A program made the translations under genes and the position numbers. The notes under the pieces were generated by a model. It was given only the letters and a program-made list of their open reading frames with translations, did no database searches and was not told the DNA's origin. DNA of 64,000 nucleotides from Balamuthia mandrillaris. Taxonomy: Eukaryota. Location: NCBI GenBank assembly GCA_031835245.2, contig JAVKOQ020000013.1, positions 186,001 to 250,000 of the forward strand, written 5' to 3'. Positions 25,801-35,902 of this stretch are shown piece after piece (positions within the stretch are counted from its first letter, which is position 1; each line of letters opens with the position of its first letter).

Positions 25801-26199
25801 TCTTCATTACCCTCTTCGTCCCCTTCCACAACAACAACCACAACTGCAACAGCACCCTCTGATCCTTCCTCTTCTCCAGCACCCTCCTCTACTTCTTCTT
25901 TAACTCCTTCTTCTTCAACAACAGCTGCAACAACCACAACAGGGAGAGGTGGCGGTCGAGGTCGCGGTCGTGGTGGACGCGGTGGTGGACAGAGGATGAT
26001 CTCTCTTCGCCCCTCTGCTCCTCCGTTCTTCCCATCCAACACCCCACAGCAACAACAAATACGACAAATACTGCAACCACAACAACAACAAGCAACAACA
26101 CCTCCCGAAGATACTTCTGCTCCGCAACTCCAACAACAACAGGAAGCACAACAACAGCAGCCAGGAGAACAAAGCGGTGTCGATAGTTCTTCTACATAA
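19267..26199 (+). CDS. TPR: Nuclear basket nucleoporin TPR/Mlp1; multi-exon
   Basis: Long coiled coil with ITENLLTFKDIQELQIKNQKLLRVVR, QRDMYK, NYEREVVLHA, LNLLRESNVMLR, WRAR, followed by a disordered C-terminus. Confidence 0.9.
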
Positions 26200-26225
26200 A
26201 GGAGGTTTCTTTATTCTTTTTTTCA

Positions 26226-26446
26226 GTTTCTGTTCTGTTCTGTTCTGTTCTGTTCTGTTCTGTTCTGTTCTGTTCTGTTCTGTTCTGTTCTGTTCTGTTC
26301 TGTTCTTTCTTCCGTTCTGTTCTCTGTTCTGTTCTGTTCTGTTCTGTTCTGTTCTGTTCTGTTCTGTTCTGTTCTGTTCTGTTCTGTTCTGTTCTTGTTC
26401 TGTTCTGTTCTGTTCTGTTCTGTTCTGTTCTGTTCTGTTCTGTTCT
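26226..26446. repeat. (TGTTC)n pentanucleotide microsatellite between two convergent stop codons
   Basis: About 40 near-perfect units read directly. Confidence 0.95.
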
Positions 26447-26449
26447 TCT

Positions 26450-27451
26450 TCAAGCTGTGAAAGGCTTTGGTGGTGTCTGTTGTTGTTGCTTATGCTGGGG
26501 AGGCCACTGCCGATACGGAGCCCAGGAGTAGTACTTGGGGCGGTCGTCCAGCCGCATGTGCAGCCAAGCCACGCCCAACCCCGACGTGCTCAGCCAGACC
26601 GGCCTTTGTTGCCGGCCCTCCACCCGTTGTCTGTACTGCTCGCCCACCCTTTGCCAAAACGTTGCCACCAGCCGTTCTCCCTCTCCCTCTCCCTCTCCCC
26701 CTCCCCCTTCGAGCGCTTCTCTCAAAAAGCTCAGCAAGTGCCCACATCTTTCTCCTCTCAGCTTCGACGTGGAGGAAGAGGAGGGATCCACGGGAGTGAT
26801 CAAAACGGCATCTCCTCCCAGGTTTTGAAAGTGGACCACGCCGCCGCCCTCTTTCGTTGCTGTCGTTGTCGTTGGCCAGTGCTCGGCAAAGGCCCGGCGG
26901 TTCGCCGCGGCAGCGAACCTGGCCAAGGAGGGCGCCTCCAGCAGCATGCACTCCAAGGGATGCTCCTCGGCGGCAAAAGTGGCGGCATCGACCGGGGCGC
27001 ACTCGAAGAAGAGGGCCTGAGAGGAGAAGGAGGAGGCGGCGGCCTGCAGGATGGTTCGGGACATGTGAAGGGAGAAGGAAGGGTCGTTGGCCCAAAGGGA
27101 AACGACCTGTGCGGTGGTGAGGAGACGGCCAACGGCAGAAGGGCTCGCGCCCTCCTCACCGGGTGGTGGTGGTGGCGGTGGTTGTTGAACTTGTAAACGG
27201 ATGGCGCCTTTGTGGAGCGGTGTCAAAACACAGCGTGGAGAAGAGGAAGAGGAAGCAGCGGAGGAGGAAGGGTTCATCTTGTGCTTGTGGGGGCTGCTGA
27301 AAGGAGGAGGAGGAGGTTGGGGCTGCTGTCGCGGGGCGGTCCACTGGAGCAGCGTTGTTTTGAGGAGCAGAAAAAGAAGAAGCAGACAAACGAAGAGGAC
27401 AAGCCAACCGAACGACGCGAAAGTTTTCGTTCCCTCTTTCTTGTTGTTCAT
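26450..27451 (-). CDS. Intronless DUF6940-like protein with N-terminal signal anchor
   Basis: FFECAP, F.NLGGDAVLITP, PVWLSTSGLGVAWLHMRLDDRPKYY; hydrophobic N-terminus FGWLVLFVCLLLLFLLL after an A-rich ATG context. Confidence 0.72.
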   Translation of the reverse strand: MNNKKEGTKTFASFGWLVLFVCLLLLFLLLKTTLLQWTAPRQQPQPPPPPFSSPHKHKMNPSSSAASSSSSPRCVLTPLHKGAIRLQVQQPPPPPPPGEEGASPSAVGRLLTTAQVVSLWANDPSFSLHMSRTILQAAASSFSSQALFFECAPVDAATFAAEEHPLECMLLEAPSLARFAAAANRRAFAEHWPTTTTATKEGGGVVHFQNLGGDAVLITPVDPSSSSTSKLRGERCGHLLSFLREALEGGGGEGEGEGERLVATFWQRVGEQYRQRVEGRQQRPVWLSTSGLGVAWLHMRLDDRPKYYSWAPYRQWPPQHKQQQQTPPKPFTA

Positions 27452-27538
27452 GCCTGTGTTTTTTTTTTTTTTTTCGTGAACGGAGCTATATTGCAATATA
27501 GCCAACCGTTACATCTTGAACACTTTTGTTGTCTCTCT

Positions 27539-27572
<34 letters not shown>

Positions 27573-28216
27573 GTTCTCTCTCTCTGTTCTCTCTCTCTGT
27601 CTCGTAAGTTGTTTTCTACGAAGGCGCTGTGACATGCAGAAACCTCTAGTGGGTATTCACTTCTTCAGAACATCAGCGAGAGCAGCCTCGCGACGCAGCG
27701 CTGCCCATCCAACTGTTTGGAGATTTGCAACCATCTTCGTGTTTCCTGTTTGACTCTCACTGGGATGACGGCAAACAACGGGAGGGGGGGAATGTAGATA
27801 TAACGGATAACTATGTTGCCTCACCAAAGAATGGTGGAAATGAAGAAACGAGAACAGTTGAAGGCCCTTTACCATTTCCATTTCGCCGGGAGGAGGGAAA
27901 CTTCCCTTTCCCCCCCCCCTTTCCCTTTCCCCATGTGAAACACCTTTTGTCTGGGATGAACCTGCCTTTTGGGAGTAGCCCAGCACGGCTCCTCGATGGC
28001 CGCAGGCGAAAGGGAGAGGGGGATCTCCTGAAGATTGATATCTTGCCGACATCAACCTTTCTTCGAAATTCCATCGAAAACTATCCATTTTAGGTGATGA
28101 CACGTCATCTTTATACTCTTACAGTATCTTAAATTTCGGGTCGACATGGTTACTACTGTTAAAAAAAGAACCTTAAAAAAAAAGTAAAAGAAAAGAGAAG
28201 TAGCGAAGAGAAGAGG

Positions 28217-30707
28217 ATGTTTGAGGCGAAGGAGGCGCTGCTGCCGAGGGACAGCGACTACTGGCTGCTGAAGGACGCGGTGGCGCTGGCCAACGCGGGC
28301 CTGCTGCTGACCAAAGAGCCTCCTGCAGGAAAAGAGGACCAAGCAGAGAGGAAGAAGGAGAGAGAGAGCGGCAAGATCATTTTCTCCCTCAGAGAAATCC
28401 CTCTGCGCTCCCGCTGGCTCACTGCTGGTGGGGATCGAGTGGAAAGGGTCTCCTTGAGCGAGGTCCGCTTTTTTGATGGTTTGTGCCTTTTTCTCTCACT
28501 CTCTCTCCTCTGCTCTCTCCTTTGATGTTTTTCTTTAAAAAAAAAACAACAAAACAAATCAGCTGCTCAAGAATTCAAGAAAGGATTAAGTCTTCCAGTA
28601 AGAGAAAAAGTGGTACGTTTTTTTTTTCGGTTTGATGAAGACAAAAAAAAAAATCTCAATCACCTACCTTCTCACTACCTTTTTTTTTTCATCTTTGATT
28701 GGACCAAAAAAAAAATAAAAATAAAAACGCAAACAGTGGACAATACAATACCTTACGGATGAGCTGATGAGCAGAGTATTTGGCTATGTGGAGGACGAGA
28801 GAGACCTCTGGCGCTGTCGCTTGGTCTCGCGCGCCTGGAAAGCGCTCGTCGAGAAGCAGCCCTGTGCTCCGTCAAAGCATCCGCACGAAAAGGAGTTCGT
28901 GTTGCTCCGCGACAAAGTTCAGAGAGTGAACGCCATCCAAAAGCAGAGGAGAGCGGAGCAGGAGAAGCAGGAGAAGGAGAAGGGGAAGGAGGTGGATAGA
29001 GGGGCCGAAGAGGAAGGACCAAGATTGGTTCGCCTGACGTTCAGCTCGTTGACGGAGAACGGCTCTGCTTCTTCTTCGGCTTCTTCGTCGTCTTCGTATG
29101 CTGCAAGTTTCGCCTCCTCTTATTTGTTCTCCGCCAATTCGTTGCTGAGAGTGCCGCCGAAGAAAGACTATGTTTCTCAGCTGCCCTCTGAGGTGTTGAT
29201 CTTTGTCTTGCAAAAGTTGGATGCGCGCAGCCTTTGCAGAATTTCCATGGTTTGTTTTTCTCATTTCTCATGCTGACATTCTCTCTTTTATATCTTCTTC
29301 TTTGCTCTTTCTTTCCTCTCTGTCCTTCTGCTGATATTTGTATTATAGGTCAGTTTCGTCTTTTGGACCGTTGCAAACCAAAACGAGAGCCAACTGTGGA
29401 AAGTATGCAGTACCAAAACCTTCTTTCTCTCTCTCTCTCTCTCTGTTTGTTTGTTTCGTATTCTTTTTTAATCTTTATTTTTTCATTCATTTTTAGAGCC
29501 TTTACGAAAGTCGTTGGCCAGCATCACGTTGGCGTTCAGTGAGTCCGCAACAATATTCAAACTTCTCCTACAAGTTGCTCTACATTCTCAATGATATATC
29601 TCTGCGGCTGCGTTCCTTTGCTCCAAATCAGGAAAAGAAATACATTCAACAGGTTGCCGCGCTCTATCGTCCTGATACGGCCTCTTCCGCCTCTTCTTCC
29701 TCTTCTTCTTCCGCTAGCAACGCGCCAAAAGTCATTCTCCCTTCTCGAAGAAGAGCAGACTCTTCTACCGCTGGCGCTTCATCTGCTCGTGGCAGAGTGA
29801 CACCTTCAGATGTTGCTAGCGCTAACGTACTGAGAAGGATGAGCGAGGTGTCCTCTCCTGATACTAGTCTACCTTCTCGAAACTGTGTAGCTTGTGCTTT
29901 GTTTATAGGCCCCAAGGGCATCGGGTTTGTCCATATTCTCCTTTTCCTTTTTTCTTCTGCTCCCTTAATGTGTTTTGTACACCAACCCATTCGTTCGTCA
30001 TATCGCAGAAAGTCTTCGCTGCTTTCCACTTTTGCATTTGGCAAGTTCGAATCAAACCCAAAGTTAGACTTTGATAGGTAATTCTTTTTATTGTTCTCTC
30101 TCTCTCTCACTTTCTCACCTTTCAATGGAACAAACCAAAAGATTCGAGGCAATTGCAACCAAGGAGATAACACTGGGAAAGACTAAACTTTCCCTTCGGA
30201 TGCACACCCTCACTCGCATTCCCGACTACAATGACCTCTTCAACGTTGCCGCCGTCGTCATTTGTTATGACATGTCCAAACCTTTCGACAAGGTACTTTC
30301 TGTTTTCGTCCTTGTCGCCTGTATATTTATTCGTTTTATTTATTCATTCGTTTGCTTTTCGAACACAAACAGAAAGTGGTGGAGAGCTGGATGTCCAAAG
30401 TGGAGGACAGGGCAAGCGCCAACACCATGGTGGTGGCGTTGGGCCTTTGTAGCGACCTCTCAACGACGTCCTCTTCCGCTGCTCCTCCTTTGTTGGGCGG
30501 CCGACCTTCTTTTTGCGTCAGCGCCAAAACCGGAGGGCCTGCCAAACTGGAACCTTTCTTTCGTTATCTTGCCGCAAATGTGCGTCGTTTCTTCTTTCTT
30601 TGGTCTGTCTTCACTCATTCTCTTACTCTTCTTTGCTGTCTGTTTGAAACAAACAGGTGTTAGAAAGACCAGAGTTATGGGTTGCTCCAACAGTGCTTGA
30701 GAAATAA
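28217..30707 (+). CDS. Protein with two F-box motifs and a C-terminal degenerate Ras-like GTPase domain; multi-exon
   Basis: IQYLTDELMSRVFGYV..CRLVSRAW; VSQLPSEVLIFVLQKLDARSLCRISMV..W; spliced IGPKGIGKSSLL, VVICYDMS, VSAKTG. Confidence 0.72.
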
Positions 30708-30766
30708 ATAACTTTTGTTTTTCTTTTTATATATGTTCATTCCGCTTTGTTGAACTGCTTCTGTCT

Positions 30767-31072
30767 TTACTTTTCGCTGTTCTTCTTTTCTTTCTTGACT
30801 TTTTTTGTCTCTCCTTCTCCGTCCTCTTCTTTCTTTTTCGACTTTGTGGCTTTGAGTTGTTGCTGCTCCGCATGATGCTTCAGGCAAGCATCTCGCAACG
30901 CTCCGAACCACTTCTTCAAAAAGTATCCCGCCAACATGTTTATCACCCACTGCAACAGAGAGAGAGAGAGAGAGAGAAGCATTAGCATCAACTTCAACAT
31001 AGAGAAAGAAAGAGAATGAGAGAGGCCAAGAGAGAGAGAGAGAGAGGCCAAGAGAGACCAAGAGAGAGAGAA

Positions 31073-31127
<55 letters not shown>

Positions 31128-31628
31128 CCGGCAAGGAGGAGAGGAGAGAATGGGAGTCTCTCTTGCCCCAAAGCAACAAAAGACAAAAGTATACGAACCC
31201 CAGGAATAGATCCTTTGACGTCATTCTGCGACACGAACAACACCTTGGTGTTGTTCTCATCGACGGGCCTCAGCAGGTATCCCGAAATGGTGGTGTAGGC
31301 CCTCACAAACTTCTTCGGGTCCTCCGGCCAGTCCTTGTGCTGCGTGGAGCGATAGAGCACGTAGTGCACCCCCTCCTCGTCCTTGTGGATGAGTCGGCTC
31401 TGGACCCACTCCCTGTCGGTGAAGCCGACGGGCGTCTTGGCCCAGAACCGGATGATGTCAAGGTTGTCATCGATCTTCTCGATGACTTGCATGTCCCTGC
31501 CGCCGTTGTCCCAGCTGCGCCGAAACTCAATGTCGGTGAGGACGTAGCAGATGGTATCGGCGGAGACTTCTGCGTCGACGATCGCTTTCAATATGTAGTG
31601 CCCTGTTTCTGTCTATATTTTTTTACCA

Positions 31629-31659
<31 letters not shown>

Positions 31660-31860
31660 CAGAGACAGAGAGAGATGAGACAATGTTCTTCAAGAAGAAA
31701 AAGAAGAAAGAGGCGAAACCTTTTTACGCCAAACGTTCATGCGTTCGCTCTCGTAGACGACCACCCAGCCGTCCCCTTCCTTTGGGGGGGCTTCCTCGGC
31801 CAACAGGTGAGAGATGTCCTCTTTGCTCACATACTCATAGTTGAGCTGTTGTTCTTCCAT
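30767..31860 (-). CDS. START-domain lipid-transfer protein (STARD10/PCTP-like)
   Basis: GWVVV, FRRSWD, FTDREWV, KFVRAYT.ISGYLL, DVKGSIP.WVIN. Confidence 0.88.
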
Positions 31861-32685
31861 CTTTTTTGTTTTGTCGTTTATTTTTTTGTTGTTGTCACCA
31901 AAGAAAAAGGGCAGTATTACTCCTATGGAGAGAGAGGGACAGAAGAGTGCACTATGTGACGACTCTGCTTCCTCTTTTGTTTCTTTTCTTCCGGCTTGCC
32001 AAAGAGAATAAATGGTTTCTGAGAACGAGGACACGAGAAACGGAGGTGGTTGATTAATTGTCCATTACGGGGGTCAACCCCCTGCGGCTAAGAGAGAGAG
32101 AGGTTCCATCCGGAATAAGTTTTTGGCGTGGAGAAGAGCCAAATGATTACCTTAAAAACTGCTTTTAGGCGAACACGTCACACCTCAGACAGCAGTTGCT
32201 CTTCGTCAATGCTCAGAAACTCTATTACCACTTTGGGAAGACTTTATTTTTTTCAGCGATAATCCGCTCCGCCCCCTGGCCCGGAGGTTCCATATTCTTG
32301 GCGAGTGTTTGTGAGTGTTTGTGTGTGTTTGTGTGTGTCCGAGTTGTTTGTTTTTATAGTTGGTTGGTGTGTTTGTCCACTGGTTATCAGTGAAGCAGAA
32401 AGCAAAAACTCTCATTCAACGCATTCGACTTGTCGTCCAGCGCCAAGAGCCACTTTAGCACCCAGCTGACCTCAGGTCTTTTAAAAGCAGTGGAAAAGAG
32501 AGAGAAGAAAGCCCCCCAAACAACAACGAGGAAGAAGAGGTGAGTTTTGAGTGGGAGAAAAAACAACGTTCAAAACAAAAAGAAGAGATAATATTTGCAT
32601 TCAACAGACAAACAATGTTTGTTTTTTAAAAAAAAATTTAAAAAAATGATGTGTTGCTTGCTGAGATCTTTCTTTCCTGTGGCGT

Positions 32686-35504
32686 TTAGGATTGCACTAT
32701 TGTGAAAGAGAGCGAGAGAAAACAAAAATGTTAACAAAAAAAAACAAAGCGAAAGGAGAGAACAAAAAGAGAAGCGTACTGTAAGTAGAGGCATCAATCT
32801 CATCGGGCAGCTCGGGGATGTTGACCACGAATCTGGACTGGACCTTGTTCAACACCTCTCCGTCCTTGTCTGACGCCACAAAGGAGATGGCAAGGCCCTT
32901 TGTTCCAAAGCGTCCTGCTCTGCCCACCTGTTGGTTTTGTCGTGTAAGTTTGACAACAGAAAAGGAAAAAGAAAAGAAACGGAAAAAGAATTGAAAAGAG
33001 GAGAAAAAAAGTTACTCTGTGGAGATAAGTGTCAGGTTCTTCCGGCATGTCGTAGTTGAACACGACGTTCACGCGCTCAATGTCGATACCACGGCCAAAG
33101 AGATTGGTGGCCACCATGATCCTCGCGCGGAACTCCTTAAACTTTCTGTACTGTTCAATTCTGTAGAACCATTTCACATTTGTTAATACTAAAGCGTAGG
33201 AAAATAAAAGAAAAAAAAAGAGAGAAAAGAATAATACCTCTCCTCCTGCTTCATGCCGCCGTAAATGCAAATGGAAGGGAAGTTGCACTCCACCAAGAGT
33301 TTGTTGAGCTCAGCGGCACGCTTCACGGAGCCCACAAAGATGACGCACTGGTTAAACTCCAGGGCATCCAACAGGTCGACAAGCTTGCGGGTCTTCTCCG
33401 ACTCTTGCAGCTGCACATAGTATTGCTTGAGGCCGTGGAGGGTCAGCTTGCTGCCGTCGTTGATATAGATCTCCAAAGGCTATTTGTTGAAGTGAAGAAG
33501 CGAATTTTTGTTTTTTGGAGGTTAGTTTGTGTTTGTCGTACTTTTTTTTGTTCGTTTTTTCTCTCTTTTTGTTTTTCTTTTTGATTTTGATGTTGATGTT
33601 GTGAGGATTTGTTCGTCCTGTTTTCTCTTTCTTTTTCGGTGGCGTACTTTTGATGGTGGCAGCGATGAAGAAAAGGAGAGAAAGAGGAGAATAGAGGAGG
33701 GAAGAGAAAACGAGAGAAGAGGCGGCTGATTCGATTTGGAGTTCGATACTGCCAAGGGAGGGAGAGTGAGTTGGGCGGATGGGGCTCGTTAGACAAGCAC
33801 ACGGCATCAAAACGCTGCTCCATCTCCTTCAGAAAATTTCTGGAGAGAAAAATGTGAATTGAAGGCTGGTCAGAGAGAGAGAGAGAGAGAGAGAGAGGGA
33901 ACGAAAGGGCAAAGGTTGCTTGGCTGCCGCCATTCCAATGTCTGTGTGTTTGCGTGCGCGCACGTTTGCACAGCAGCAGTGGAGTTGGTAAGGCTTTGAT
34001 TTGCCACAGGAGAATGGTAGGGAGGGGAAAAGCTGCAAGTTATCATCATCGAATGAATGTGTTGGCACCAACGAGCAAAAATAGCCGCGACGTTAGGTAC
34101 GTCGAACAGCTCCGAGAGTTTGTGAGGGGCCTATCCAGTAGGTAGGTGTTCTGGGAAGTACGGCACCGAAAAAGAAAGAGAAAGCAGAGGAATGGAAGCC
34201 AGCACCGGAGAGTGATGTAGGTTTGTGTGCCCTTCTTTTCTTGTCTTCTTTTTTTTCTTCTATTCTTTTTTTCTTCTTCCTTATTTTTTGTTTGCCTCCA
34301 TTAAATTTGTCCTTCATCTCCGCCCAAATTGTGGATCCATCCTTCCCTCTTTCTTTCTTTCTTTCTTTCCTTCCTTCCTTCCTTCCTTCCTTCCTTCCTT
34401 CTGTTCTACCGAACGTGTAAAAGAGTGGTGGTGTTTGGGGTGGGAAACGTTACTTCATGCATGAACTTCTTGCAAACGGGGCGGATTTCGTCGCTGAGCG
34501 TAGCAGAGAACATCATCACCTGCTTGTCGTGGGGCGTCATCCTAAAGATTCTTTGTACGTCCTTTCTCATGTCTTTATTTTTCACCCACACATAGCGAAG
34601 AAGAACGTCAGTGCTGCTTGATGACAAAAAGAATGCAAGGAGTAAAGGGGCGTACCCAATGTTTCAAGCATCTTATCACACTCATCGAGGATAAAGAACT
34701 TGAGGTTCTCAAAGGAGAGGGCCTTCTCATTGGCCAACTGCAGGATACGTCCAGGAGTGGCAATCAAGATGTGTGGAGGGTCCTCCTTGAGGAGCTGCCT
34801 GTGCTTGGCCACGGGGACACCACCGTAGAACATGCCGGTCTTGATGCCAGGCATGTACTTGCGGAAGCGATCAAACTCGTGGCAGATCTGGTAGGCCAGC
34901 TCGCGGGTGTGGCAAAGGACCAAGCAGCTGATGGGCTGGGGGTTGGCCTCCAGCTGCTGAAGAGTGGCAAGCACAAAGACAGCGGTCTTGCCCATGCCGC
35001 TCTTAGCCTGGCAAAGCACGTCCGTGCCCAAAATGGCTTGGGGAATACACTCGTTTTGTACTGTAGGATTATTTTTCAGATCAAAGAGAGGGCAAAGGGG
35101 AAGAGAAAAGAAGGGTTAGCATGAGATAAATAAAAGAGGGGACGTTGGATTGAAGAAAAAAAATTAAATCCATAACATTCAAAAAATAAGATAAGCGAAC
35201 CTTCGGAAGGGTGCTCAAAACCACAGTCGACAATGGCTCTAAGCAACTCGGGCTTCAACAAGAACTCACGGAAGCCAGAGCTGTGCAAAGTGGAGTATGT
35301 GTCATCCCTGTACATTATTTTTTTTTGTGTGCGTGAATTGTTAAAAACCCATCTTCAAATTCTCATACACAAACGGAGAGGAAAAAAATGCACACAGTAC
35401 TTTTTAACTTGCGCAATCTTATCCTCCGCCTCAGGCTCGATTTCGGCCTCATCCTCGCTGGAGTAGGCAGCAAGCGAAGTGATATCGTCCTCTTTGTCTC
35501 CCAT
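32686..35504 (-). CDS. DDX39B: DEAD-box (DECD) RNA helicase UAP56/Sub2/DDX39
   Basis: [69 protein letters not shown]. Confidence 0.96.
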
Positions 35505-35902
35505 TGTGTGCTTGGTCTACGAAAGTGTGTATGAGCGTGTGTTCCTTTGGTGTGTGTTTTTGTGTGAGCAAGAAGAAAGAAATAATTTTTGTGAGTGGCA
35601 AAAATCAAAAATCAAACTCACCTCTCCTCTTCCTTTCCTTCCGTGTGTGTGTGTGTGTTGTTGCGCGCTACGAGGTTTCTTTCCTTTGCCAAGGGAAGGA
35701 GGAAAAGGGGAAGAAAAGGCAGAATTTAAAAAGTTTAAAACGCCAATATTTGTTTTTGGAAAGATTTTCACTTTTTTCCTTATATAATCCTAGCATGATG
35801 TCATTTGCTTGAGGGGTGTTTTTCTTATGTTATCATAAGAATGTCAAGAATTTTTTTGCAGACATGTGGCACATCACAAAGCAGACGAGAGAGAAGACAA
35901 GT

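Noticed and set aside
27650..28105. Overlapping 87-148 aa ORFs on both strands
   Set aside because: Low complexity and no motif; could be a small gene but unsupported
33870..34050. C/D-box snoRNA candidate in the UAP56 intron (ATGATGA ... CTGA on the minus strand)
   Set aside because: Boxes are about 180 nt apart, span a CT microsatellite and have no terminal stem that I could see
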